Of a stretch of DNA of 43,091 nucleotides, positions 9,117-16,936 are shown one piece after another. The stretch is taken from assembly GCA_021146305.1 (NCBI GenBank), contig GCA_021146305.1_4336.1. One strand, written 5' to 3'. Origin of the DNA: a phage. The translations under genes and the position numbers were made by a program. The notes under the pieces are model-generated. The model worked only from the letters and a program-made list of their open reading frames with translations, was not told the DNA's origin and ran no database searches. The first letter of the stretch is position 1, and the number at the start of each line of letters is the position of its first letter.

Positions 9117-9146
9117 GAAAAAGGCCCCGAAAGGGGCCTTAGTTTT
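9117..9146. terminator. bidirectional intrinsic terminator
   Basis: aaGGCCCC-gaaa-GGGGCCtt hairpin (8-bp GC stem, 9121-9140) with A-run upstream and T-run downstream, between convergent genes 8562-9116 (+) and 9145-10317 (-). Confidence 0.8.
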
Positions 9147-10317
9147 ATGCGTAGGTGATACGTTGAATTACGATAGACGACTGGTACTGATTGCCGGTAG
9201 CCTGGCCTTCAATGGACTGAGTGATTGACTCAGGCCCACCAATCTCAGGTGTAACCGCCGTAAGCTCTGCACGTTTCAAACTGAAAGACATAGCCCCGTT
9301 TACCCCTGCCAGAATAGAGTTAATCTCTACCTGCTGCTCGTTGATAAACTTCTGAATCATAGCCATGTCGTACAGCTTGCCGGAGATGGAGAAGGTGTTA
9401 GCCGCGCGGCTACGTTCCACAAACGCTACGTTAGTGTTGCCGAGTTCGAACTGTGCGGACGCGCTGTTGTCGTTGGTGATGGTAAGGCTATCGCAACGCA
9501 ACGGGGTAGAACCGTCGAACACGGAAACGTCAACCGAAGAGAACGGCTCATCACCAAAAGTAACAGATGAGAAGTTGGAACCGGTCGGCGGCGTAGTGAG
9601 AATCTCCTGACTGCGACCGATGAATGGGAAGCTGCCAGTTACCATCGCGTTAACAGCCTGTTCGATGGTAAAACCAGAAACTTCCACGCCTTTGGTTAAC
9701 GTGTACGCGTCAGTACCGCCGCACTGGCCTTTGTACCAGGTAAGGATAGAGAACGTCTTACACGTGTTACCGGTTTCCAGCGTGTCGCCGGTTTTAGCCT
9801 TACTAGTTTTTGTCTCGGGGGTCAGGGTGTGTTGGATGCCCGCACCAGTAACAACCGTAGCCGTTACTGCAGTAACAATAAATGGTTTTGCGTTATCGCC
9901 TGTTAAATCGGTAAATGCAATCAGGTCGCCTATCCCAACTTCGTCAGCGATAAAACTGCCGGTAGCGCGTGTGAACGTCTTGCCTGCAGGCGCGACGGTA
10001 ATTGATAGCCCGGTCAGAGAACTACCGGATTGCCATGTAGAGCCTAAAGCACCCGCCAGCCAGTCGTCCTGGCTTTTCGAGCTAAGCTCAATAGCGTATT
10101 CTCCGCTAACCTGCTTGTTACCGGTGCGGATTGACGTAGTTTCACGGCTGCCGTCCAGTTCGTTGGAGGTCAGCGTGTCGCGGGTAATGGCAGGAACGCC
10201 ACCTGTGTTACGCAATGGCGACCAGACCGGGTTAGTCGGTGTTACGCCAGGGGTAGTTTCTGCCACATAGAATTGCGCAGTATTCGCGCCCTTAAAAGGA
10301 GTTGTAGCCATATTCAC
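9145..10317 (-). CDS. major tail protein (by synteny)
   Basis: 390 aa, Thr/Ser/Gly-rich; in transcription order lies just before the tail chaperones and tape measure; ends at a strong terminator. Confidence 0.55.
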   Translation of the reverse strand: MNMATTPFKGANTAQFYVAETTPGVTPTNPVWSPLRNTGGVPAITRDTLTSNELDGSRETTSIRTGNKQVSGEYAIELSSKSQDDWLAGALGSTWQSGSSLTGLSITVAPAGKTFTRATGSFIADEVGIGDLIAFTDLTGDNAKPFIVTAVTATVVTGAGIQHTLTPETKTSKAKTGDTLETGNTCKTFSILTWYKGQCGGTDAYTLTKGVEVSGFTIEQAVNAMVTGSFPFIGRSQEILTTPPTGSNFSSVTFGDEPFSSVDVSVFDGSTPLRCDSLTITNDNSASAQFELGNTNVAFVERSRAANTFSISGKLYDMAMIQKFINEQQVEINSILAGVNGAMSFSLKRAELTAVTPEIGGPESITQSIEGQATGNQYQSSIVIQRITYA

Positions 10318-10730
10318 AGCCTCTTGGTGAATGCAATAAAGTTAATTGACAATGGTCGTTTGGCCCATCCGTTTTCTACAATCAGCGGCCCCAGGCTAAC
10401 CGATTGAACCTCGGCGCAGATGTCGTTACGTGAAAATGACTTACCTGCTTTAAACGCCGTGTTAAGTAAGTCTGCCATTTTATTGATTGGCGCGCTACCT
10501 TTCACCGATGCGTAGTTAATGTCTATCTGATAGACACCGGCGCGTTGTTCCGTGAAGAATAAGTCAGCCTGCTCGGTATCCGCCAGCAACATGTAACTTG
10601 CCAGATACGGCGTATCTGTTGACGTCGGCGCGTCGACGTTTTCAAGCGCTACCTTGATGCCGTTGGTGGTTCCGAAGGCTACCAGCGGCACATCAAACGC
10701 TTTTGTTAAGTCCTCAAAGTAGCCCATCAT
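10314..10730 (-). CDS. tail completion / terminator-type protein (by synteny)
   Basis: 138 aa; ATGA-coupled within the neck-tail gene run. Confidence 0.35.
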   Translation of the reverse strand: MMGYFEDLTKAFDVPLVAFGTTNGIKVALENVDAPTSTDTPYLASYMLLADTEQADLFFTEQRAGVYQIDINYASVKGSAPINKMADLLNTAFKAGKSFSRNDICAEVQSVSLGPLIVENGWAKRPLSINFIAFTKRL

Positions 10731-11122
10731 CTCACCTTGCTAGCTTCTTCGTTAATGAGTTGCTGGAAGCGGGACACGTTAGTCCTGACGAATCCTTGCG
10801 GGGCCTGTTGCGACCAGCCATACTCCAGCCGTTGTGCATACGGCAGGTTATTTGTCAGCGTGAACTCATGCCAGTCGGTGGCTTTCAGCACGAAACTTGT
10901 AACGTTTCCGGTTGCTGTGTTTCCTGATTTATCCGTAGCATCCGTAATCCCGGAAGCAGGAGTACCGCCAGATGCCATCCAGTTCATGCGAAACCGACCA
11001 GTATCTACCGGACTCGCCTTTATAATAGCGGAAAACAGCTTGATAGACACCTGACGCATCACCTTCTCAGGGTTCTTCTTCGCCTTTTCCACGAACTTAG
11101 AGACGTCCAGCGCGAAACTCAT
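10727..11122 (-). CDS. head-tail joining protein (by synteny)
   Basis: 131 aa; translationally coupled with neighbours. Confidence 0.35.
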   Translation of the reverse strand: MSFALDVSKFVEKAKKNPEKVMRQVSIKLFSAIIKASPVDTGRFRMNWMASGGTPASGITDATDKSGNTATGNVTSFVLKATDWHEFTLTNNLPYAQRLEYGWSQQAPQGFVRTNVSRFQQLINEEASKVR

Positions 11123-11478
11123 TTTCTCACCTGAATAAAGTAGGCCACAACATCATCGTTAACCACCTTTTTCTCAATGGCTACGACGGACCATTGCTCG
11201 CCGCCGAATTGCACTTTGTCTTCCATCTTAGGAACGACGCTGTAATCGGCTTTAACAATCATGTCACCAGCCTGAATCGTCGTACCGTTCACCAGACCCG
11301 CATTAACAGGAACCGGAACGGCCTTCAACGGCAACACTTCATCCGCAGACCAGACGTACTCACCGAGAACTTCATCCCACACTTTCGAGCCAGCGCGAAT
11401 CAGAGATACCGTGCTACCGAATTTGGTTAACAGGCGTGTACCCACGCCTTGCATACGTTTACTGAAAGCTGTGCTCAT
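11119..11478 (-). CDS. head-tail joining protein (by synteny)
   Basis: Start chosen at internal ATG 11476-11478, which forms an ATGA overlap with the stop of 11475-12092; the track ORF extends to 11532. Confidence 0.35.
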   Translation of the reverse strand: MSTAFSKRMQGVGTRLLTKFGSTVSLIRAGSKVWDEVLGEYVWSADEVLPLKAVPVPVNAGLVNGTTIQAGDMIVKADYSVVPKMEDKVQFGGEQWSVVAIEKKVVNDDVVAYFIQVRK

Positions 11479-12092
11479 CGGGCGGCCTCCAGTCTCGAGA
11501 TAACCAGTAGCGCGGATGGTGCTGTACCCCATGCGGTTACGGTAGCCGCTTGCGGGTATACGCCGCCGAAGTTGCTTCCGGCGCTATCCCGCATAATCTG
11601 AACGGCAAACGTCTGGCCTGCTGTTGGGTTAATAACAACGCGAGATTCAATCTGGATTGTGGTGTCCGCGCTTACCAGTTTCGTGGCGGCAGGTGAGCCG
11701 TACTGAGCACCGTTCAGAAGAATGCGTGATAACAGGATAGACGTTCCGCTGGCACCTGTGCGGCCTGCCTGTAACTTGATGCGAACGGCGTAGTTACCGG
11801 CGGTGTTGAATGTAACCAGCCCCGCAGCATTAATCATTACCGGGTCGGATGCACTACCCTGAGCTGCACCGAAAGTTAACTGCAATGCCGTATCTACCGC
11901 GGTAGGCGCTTGGGTTACCGTAGACGCGGCACGGAGAACTTCAACCTCTTTAACACCTGGAGTGGCGTAAATAGGTGAGTCAGCCATCTGTGTCATTACC
12001 TCGCGCAACGCTGCTGGGGTAATAAGCCCGGTAGTGTTATCGGGGAGGTTTGCGCCGATAAGAGTAAACATCTCTGATTTAGTCTTCGCCAT
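11475..12092 (-). CDS. neck / head-completion protein (by synteny)
   Basis: 205 aa, Ala/Thr/Gly-rich. Confidence 0.35.
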   Translation of the reverse strand: MAKTKSEMFTLIGANLPDNTTGLITPAALREVMTQMADSPIYATPGVKEVEVLRAASTVTQAPTAVDTALQLTFGAAQGSASDPVMINAAGLVTFNTAGNYAVRIKLQAGRTGASGTSILLSRILLNGAQYGSPAATKLVSADTTIQIESRVVINPTAGQTFAVQIMRDSAGSNFGGVYPQAATVTAWGTAPSALLVISRLEAAR

Positions 12093-12094
12093 TT

Positions 12095-12607
12095 TTAACC
12101 CCGGTACACATTAAATGAGAAGCCGTTGTTAAGACCACCACACAGTAACGGGCGTAAGGCGTCGTCAGCGGCGGTAATCGCGGTTGTGGTCCCGCTGTTG
12201 CCGTTGTTGAAGTAGGTAACTGTTACCGCACCCTCTACACGCTCGGTCTGCACGGAACGTCCATCGGAGTTAGCCCGAACATCAGTGCCCGCTCCATAAG
12301 TAACAGCAGCGATTACCTGCGCACGGATTAACTGCGACGGAATAACATTATCAGCTACGGTGAAGCCGTTTAGTGTTGTCCCTGTACGCGGGTACGCCAG
12401 CGACTGTTCAGCGGATACACGTCTACCACACATCTGCGGTTCTGCAAGCCCGACATAAGTAGCGCCGTTGCGCAGGGCTACTTCGGCGGCGGTATCATCT
12501 GCCGGTAACTCAAGACCGTAATTAGCCGCTAACGCGCGGGCGTCAGTCAGACTAACGTAACTGTCAGCGTTAGGTACTATCGACCCGTCTTCCACGATTA
12601 GCGGCAT
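12095..12607 (-). CDS. head-tail adaptor (by synteny)
   Basis: 170 aa; start preceded by AGAGG. Confidence 0.35.
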   Translation of the reverse strand: MPLIVEDGSIVPNADSYVSLTDARALAANYGLELPADDTAAEVALRNGATYVGLAEPQMCGRRVSAEQSLAYPRTGTTLNGFTVADNVIPSQLIRAQVIAAVTYGAGTDVRANSDGRSVQTERVEGAVTVTYFNNGNSGTTTAITAADDALRPLLCGGLNNGFSFNVYRG

Positions 12608-12610
12608 AAA

Positions 12611-12790
12611 TTATTCCTCTGATTTACGGCGACGACGCTTAGCACCACCGCCGTTGTTGTGCGCTTCTTCGTTGTCCGGTTGAGTCGCAACCAGTTCATC
12701 CGCTTCTACCACACCGCGAACAGGCATCACCTGACCGTCTACAATATCAACGTGGGTGTACTTTTCGCGGATTACATAATTATCTGCCAT
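12611..12790 (-). CDS. small hypothetical protein
   Basis: 59 aa from ATG 12788-12790 to TAA at 12611-12613; basic C-terminus (KRRRRK); below the track size cut-off. Confidence 0.3.
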   Translation of the reverse strand: MADNYVIREKYTHVDIVDGQVMPVRGVVEADELVATQPDNEEAHNNGGGAKRRRRKSEE

Positions 12791-12826
12791 GACCTTTCCT
12801 TATTACGGCCCCGAAGGGCCGCTGTA

Positions 12827-13168
12827 TTAAGACACAGTTGCTACAGTGCTGCGGGAGATAATATTACCATACGCATCGTGAACAACCACTTTATACGTAC
12901 CGGAGTCGGCGGCAGTGGCCGATGCTTTAGCATAGGTAGCTGCGGTAGCCCCGGCGATGGCGTTGTTATTCTTATACCACTGGTAAGAATATGGCTCCAG
13001 ACCACCGGCTACCGTTACGGTCAGCGTCATAGTTTCACCTGTGGGCACTGCGGTAGTAGCCGCCAGCGCGGAAGAGAAAGACGCAGGAGAAATAGTCGCC
13101 ATGTCAATCTTAGCGCCCGGGGCGTCAGCGGAGACGCCGGTGATACGTCGCTTCAATACGTCTACCAT
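12827..13168 (-). CDS. Ig-like domain protein (possible capsid decoration)
   Basis: 113 aa; beta-rich motif TLTVTVAGGLEPYSYQWYKNN...SGTYKVVV typical of Ig-like (Big_2-type) domains; immediately downstream of the major capsid gene. Confidence 0.5.
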   Translation of the reverse strand: MVDVLKRRITGVSADAPGAKIDMATISPASFSSALAATTAVPTGETMTLTVTVAGGLEPYSYQWYKNNNAIAGATAATYAKASATAADSGTYKVVVHDAYGNIISRSTVATVS

Positions 13169-13185
13169 TTAGTAATCCTCTTAGT

Positions 13186-13212
13186 AAATGAAAAGAGGGA
13201 CCGAAGTCCCTC
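13186..13212 (-). terminator. intrinsic terminator after the capsid gene
   Basis: Hairpin AGAGGGAC-cgaa-GTCCCTCT (13193-13212) followed on the minus strand by a T-run (plus-strand A-run 13188-13192). Confidence 0.7.
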
Positions 13213-13229
13213 TCGATTATAGCTTAACC

Positions 13230-14279
13230 TTAAGCACCGACACCAGTTACCAGGAAGGCAATCGGTACGTGCTTGCGGTCAACCACACGGTTCCAGTTGG
13301 AGGCGTTCGCCAGGTCCTGCCAGGAAGCAGAGCGCGGGGTAGTCTCGGTGCCGTTGCCAGTGATTACTGCACTGGTGAAGCTGTAACCAAACGGATGTAG
13401 CAACCAGGTCTTACGGGTCCACAGGGTTTCAACGCCGCCGCCGTTGCCGCGGGACGCTTCGCGCTCGTATTCCAGCGGGTTGGACGGAGAACCTTCACCG
13501 TAACCGATAGCGCCGTTGCCGAAGATGATGGAGATGAACTTACTGGTCCGGCCAGCGCCGACTACGGTCATGCTGTCGTCAACAATCACGCGGTAGCCCT
13601 GGTAGGTGGCGAACATGGTGTTGTTGTCCGCGTCACGGATGAAGTCGATAAGCTGCTGCTTACGTGCCTGCGCATAAACGAAGCTATGCATCGCGATAGC
13701 CCCCAGCACTTCACCGCCGTTGCCCATCAGCGCATCACCCATAGTCTGGGTAGCGTCGATGAACGCACCGGAGTCGAAGCCCAGAGTAGCGGACACGTCG
13801 ATTACCATGTCATTCTGCTCGTGGTAAGCATCGGTAGCGGCTACGTTGTCGTTGTACAGACCGAGCGCGGTAGCAATAAGACGGCGTTGTGCCTGGCGCT
13901 GCCAGAAGTTATCCAGACGGGACGCTACGGATTGCAGCGGGTTCTGGCTGGTCAGTTCTACAGTCAAATCCGCCTGACCGAAACCTTCGTTCAGGTATGC
14001 AACGCGGGCCATCATCTCGCCGGTCTGCACGTTACGCGGGGTGGCGATGTCCTGGTATACGTCGTTCGAGTAGTTCGGCTCGATAGAGGTATCAATCGCT
14101 TTCCAGAAAGGAATATTAGCGACGTTGGACGGGCCGCGGGCAATCTCGGCGGCGTATGGGGTCGGGGTCAGAATACCAGACTGGAAGAACGCGGTTTTTT
14201 CTACCGGGTCCTCGGTCATATAAGACGCCAGGACCGGGATGTTGCCAGTTACGATATCGCCGATAGTGGTAATTGCCAT
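13230..14279 (-). CDS. major capsid protein
   Basis: 349 aa; abundant-protein context (own downstream terminator, preceded by scaffold gene); composition typical of HK97-fold capsid proteins. Confidence 0.8.
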   Translation of the reverse strand: MAITTIGDIVTGNIPVLASYMTEDPVEKTAFFQSGILTPTPYAAEIARGPSNVANIPFWKAIDTSIEPNYSNDVYQDIATPRNVQTGEMMARVAYLNEGFGQADLTVELTSQNPLQSVASRLDNFWQRQAQRRLIATALGLYNDNVAATDAYHEQNDMVIDVSATLGFDSGAFIDATQTMGDALMGNGGEVLGAIAMHSFVYAQARKQQLIDFIRDADNNTMFATYQGYRVIVDDSMTVVGAGRTSKFISIIFGNGAIGYGEGSPSNPLEYEREASRGNGGGVETLWTRKTWLLHPFGYSFTSAVITGNGTETTPRSASWQDLANASNWNRVVDRKHVPIAFLVTGVGA

Positions 14280-14281
14280 TA

Positions 14282-14983
14282 TTATTTCCTCAGGGCTTTA
14301 AGTTGCCGTTCAAATTCGGCAGGGTTCGATTTATACAGGGCTAAACGCTCTGCTTCACTCATGTCTTTAAACGCTGGTGCGGCCCCGCCGCCTTTGCTAC
14401 CGGAAGCCCCGCCGCCGGAAGCTGCATTTGCTTTGATCAAATGCGAAAACGCCTTGTGTTCGCGCAGGTATTTGCGGAACTGTTCCGGGTCAGTCGTGAT
14501 TACGTTACCGTCTGCACCAACAAACTTAGTAACCACATCATCGCCTTCGAACTCAGTCTTAACGAACGGCGCAAGAATGTCCACTGCTTCTGGGGTAATA
14601 AAGTCACCCGCGAAAGAGCCTAGCACCGCTTTACGTTCGCTGCCGAGGATACGCTCTGCCATTCTGGAGATGCGACCGTCTTTCTCGGCTAACACCGGGT
14701 CATACTGGCTACGAATCGTCTTTTCGAACTCATCCATCTTACCAGCGGCTTTTAACGCCTCCTGGTGCGCGCGCTGCCGTTCTTCTTCGGCCTCTTTTGC
14801 TTTGCGAGCGGCTTCTTTCTTCTCCGCCAACAATGCTTCCTGATTAGCCTTAAGCCCGGCAACTTCTTTCTCAATCAGCGCCTGAACTTCTTCAGCAGTG
14901 AACATTTTCGGCGCGTCACCGCCACCAGCTTTATCTTCTGCCCCAGCTTCTTCCTGGAACGGATAACGTAAAAAACGATTCAT
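14282..14983 (-). CDS. scaffolding protein
   Basis: Start placed at in-frame ATG 14981-14983 (MNRFLRYPF...); Ala/Glu/Lys-rich coiled-coil protein immediately upstream of the capsid gene. Confidence 0.6.
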   Translation of the reverse strand: MNRFLRYPFQEEAGAEDKAGGGDAPKMFTAEEVQALIEKEVAGLKANQEALLAEKKEAARKAKEAEEERQRAHQEALKAAGKMDEFEKTIRSQYDPVLAEKDGRISRMAERILGSERKAVLGSFAGDFITPEAVDILAPFVKTEFEGDDVVTKFVGADGNVITTDPEQFRKYLREHKAFSHLIKANAASGGGASGSKGGGAAPAFKDMSEAERLALYKSNPAEFERQLKALRK

Positions 14984-15065
14984 AGTCAGTATGTCCCCTG
15001 GACGTTGGAACCCGGGCCACCCGGATTTACATGTCAAGAATAAATTATTCCAACATGCAAGGCAA

Positions 15066-15329
15066 CTATTCCAGAATATTCCTCACATAATCCTGCAACT
15101 GGAATACTTTCAGACGCAGTTGCCGCACGCATTCGGCGTTCTGAACGTCTATAGCCAAATCCTCGTCAGCATCGCTACTTGGCGGGGCCAGTTTGCACGG
15201 CGGCTGCATCATCGTCGTATCCGGGGATGGAATTGGCGTTGGCGACGGCGCGGTACTTGAGCTGCACGCGCTCAGGGTCAAAAGTGCACACGCTGCGACC
15301 AGGCGTCTTAATGTACTTAACGACTTCAC
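15066..15329 (-). CDS. o-spanin (Rz1-like outer-membrane lipoprotein)
   Basis: 87 aa; signal peptide with lipobox LSAC, Pro-rich mature region; gene overlaps the 3' part of the i-spanin gene in another frame. Confidence 0.6.
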   Translation of the reverse strand: MKSLSTLRRLVAACALLTLSACSSSTAPSPTPIPSPDTTMMQPPCKLAPPSSDADEDLAIDVQNAECVRQLRLKVFQLQDYVRNILE

Positions 15330-15561
15330 GGGTGATTACCTCTGATTTCGTCTTGCCTTCGTTGTCAGCGGCTGCGGCCTTTGATTCATCCTGCTGCTGC
15401 CGTTGTGTTTTCTTCGCTAACTCAGCCTGTGCTTTCTGCTGCTGCTGAGAAACTAGATTCGCCCGGCCTTCGTTCCAGCCGCTGCGGTACTGATAGATGC
15501 CGTGTGCGTAAGCCAGGATGATGAAACATGCTCCCGCTACGACAGTTGCTTTAAGATTCAT
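15175..15561 (-). CDS. i-spanin (Rz-like)
   Basis: 128 aa; N-terminal transmembrane helix (VVAGACFIILAYA), Gln-rich coiled-coil periplasmic region; overlapping partner lipoprotein gene. Confidence 0.65.
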   Translation of the reverse strand: MNLKATVVAGACFIILAYAHGIYQYRSGWNEGRANLVSQQQQKAQAELAKKTQRQQQDESKAAAADNEGKTKSEVITREVVKYIKTPGRSVCTFDPERVQLKYRAVANANSIPGYDDDAAAVQTGPAK

Positions 15562-15671
15562 GTTTCTCCTTTCTCGATAAGTAAAGCCCCGCCATAAAGC
15601 GGGGCGCTAGTCCTTATCATTTAAACATAGAAACGGCGTAATCTCAGTAAACCAGTTACTTTTTACACAAG

Positions 15672-15826
15672 CAATAGAGTATGGCCCTTCCGAACGCGTC
15701 AGCGTAACTACACTCAGGACTTACGTCCCGCTCCGTTACCTGCCCGCGCCGCGGTCGCTTGTTCATACTTCACAAGCTCAGGTGGAGCTTAGCACATTTT
15801 TAGTGAAAAGTCAACTATTCGAATAG
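15672..15826 (-). promoter_or_regulatory. conserved promoter + structured leader module, copy 1
   Basis: Leftward promoter TTGACT (plus coords 15809-15814), 17-bp spacer, TAAGCT (15786-15791), with palindrome CTATTC-GAATAG (15815-15826) just upstream; about 110-bp conserved leader 15672-15778 shared with copy 2, including stem ggac-ttac-gtcc (15717-15728). Confidence 0.55.
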
Positions 15827-15880
15827 TTTATTCCAACATTTACAATTGAGTGGAATAACCGGAATACATAAACAAATAGT

Positions 15881-15909
15881 TTGCGCACCCCAATATAATA
15901 GGGTACTAT
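15881..15909 (+). promoter_or_regulatory. sigma70-like promoter with operator palindrome
   Basis: TTGCGC (15881-15886), 17-bp spacer, TACTAT (15904-15909); palindrome TAATAG-ggta-CTATTC (15896-15911); near-identical to the promoter at 6648-6676. Confidence 0.55.
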
Positions 15910-15936
15910 TCATTCTATCGAACCGGGGAGGCCGTC

Positions 15937-16038
15937 ATGTTAGTCGTTATTTCAGTAGTAATTGCAGTTGATGCGGTGATGTTTCTTTGGGCTTGTAGCG
16001 GTATTGGTGACATTGACACGGGTAATGGTGAACTATGA
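15937..16038 (+). CDS. micro-peptide, hydrophobic
   Basis: 33 aa (MLVVISVVIAVDAVMFLWACSGIGDIDTGNGEL); GGGGAGG RBS; stop overlaps the start of the next gene (ATGA). Confidence 0.4.
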   Translation: MLVVISVVIAVDAVMFLWACSGIGDIDTGNGEL

Positions 16039-16379
16039 AATATATTAAATTAGCAGTAGCAGGTGTTGTAGCCGTTTGTTTGAGTGGTTGCGTAAGGTCG
16101 TTGCCAGACCCGGCTTTACAGGTTTATCAGGCAGGGGATACAACGGCAACATGTAATCAGTTACTATCGAGAATCGCCACGACAAAACAAGCTCAAGCCA
16201 ACGCTACGCACCGTGTTAATAAGCAAATAGGTACTAACGTTGTACTCGGTGTTACAGGCGCATTCCTGATTGTTCCGCTGTTCTTTATGGACACGGGCGC
16301 CGGGCCTTCTATGGACGAGATGACAGCCGGTAATCGTCTGTCGCAGTTACAACAAACATACGACGAGAAATGCAAATGA
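16035..16379 (+). CDS. lipoprotein with internal hydrophobic segment
   Basis: 114 aa; signal peptide ending in lipobox LSGC; later hydrophobic stretch VVLGVTGAFLIVPLFF. Confidence 0.6.
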   Translation: MKYIKLAVAGVVAVCLSGCVRSLPDPALQVYQAGDTTATCNQLLSRIATTKQAQANATHRVNKQIGTNVVLGVTGAFLIVPLFFMDTGAGPSMDEMTAGNRLSQLQQTYDEKCK

Positions 16380-16447
16380 CAAATAGTGTGATGTTTTATG
16401 TTGTTTTGTGGGTATCGGCTGCGGTTATCACCGCGATGTTCATATAA
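16376..16447 (+). CDS. micro-peptide, hydrophobic
   Basis: 23 aa (MTNSVMFYVVLWVSAAVITAMFI); ATGA overlap with the lipoprotein stop; very short, so tentative. Confidence 0.3.
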   Translation: MTNSVMFYVVLWVSAAVITAMFI

Positions 16448-16451
16448 AAAT

Positions 16452-16474
16452 AAAGCCCCGTAAGGGGCCTTTTA
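16452..16474. terminator. bidirectional intrinsic terminator
   Basis: GCCCC-gtaa-GGGGC hairpin with A-run upstream and T-run downstream; closes the plus-strand island and the convergent gene 16475-16936. Confidence 0.6.
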
Positions 16475-16936
16475 TCATTCTGGCTTAGTAACCTTCGCCG
16501 CTTTGCTTACCGCCTCTACTCCATCGGCATCAGTAACTTTAACGAAGTATTCGCCGACCGCATTAACCGTCAGAGACAGAGCCTCCTCAGGCGCATTCAC
16601 CACTTCCTTACCGTCTTTGTACCAGGTCAGAGAATACGGCGCTTTGCCTGCCTTAACCTCGACAGTGATGGTTGCGCTGCCGCCCGCCAGTTCAGCGTCC
16701 TGCGGTTGCGCAGAGAAATACACGTCGCCAGCGTCCGCCAGATACGGAATTTCATAAAGCATACCTGCGGCGGGCAACGCAATACCGGTTTTATCTGCAA
16801 ACGGCATATCATCTACCGGTGTACCGAGTACACTTTCGTCCCCAATAAATACCACGTTCTCGCCAGAGCCAGACACGCGGGCGTACTGGACTACGCGACG
16901 AGACGGTACGTCAGTTACTTTGAAAAAGCCCATCAT
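16475..16936 (-). CDS. Ig-like domain protein (head or neck associated)
   Basis: 153 aa; C-terminal segment ATITVEVKAGKAPYSLTWYKDGKEV...GEYFVKVTD is Ig-like and similar in pattern to 12827-13168. Confidence 0.5.
   Translation of the reverse strand: MMGFFKVTDVPSRRVVQYARVSGSGENVVFIGDESVLGTPVDDMPFADKTGIALPAAGMLYEIPYLADAGDVYFSAQPQDAELAGGSATITVEVKAGKAPYSLTWYKDGKEVVNAPEEALSLTVNAVGEYFVKVTDADGVEAVSKAAKVTKPE

Noticed and set aside
9620-10270. 216-aa plus-strand ORF
   Set aside because: Antisense to the major tail gene; no RBS; shadow ORF.
13686-14843. 385-aa plus-strand ORF
   Set aside because: Antisense to the major capsid and scaffold genes; Arg/Gly/Ser-rich low-complexity translation; the minus-strand genes have the protein-like composition and coupling.
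15672-15814. tRNA or tmRNA-like gene as explanation for the conserved structured block
   Set aside because: No acceptor-stem/T-loop (GTTCRA) arrangement found by eye, the block is duplicated with an attached promoter, and its length and layout do not fit a cloverleaf; a formal tRNAscan run was not possible.
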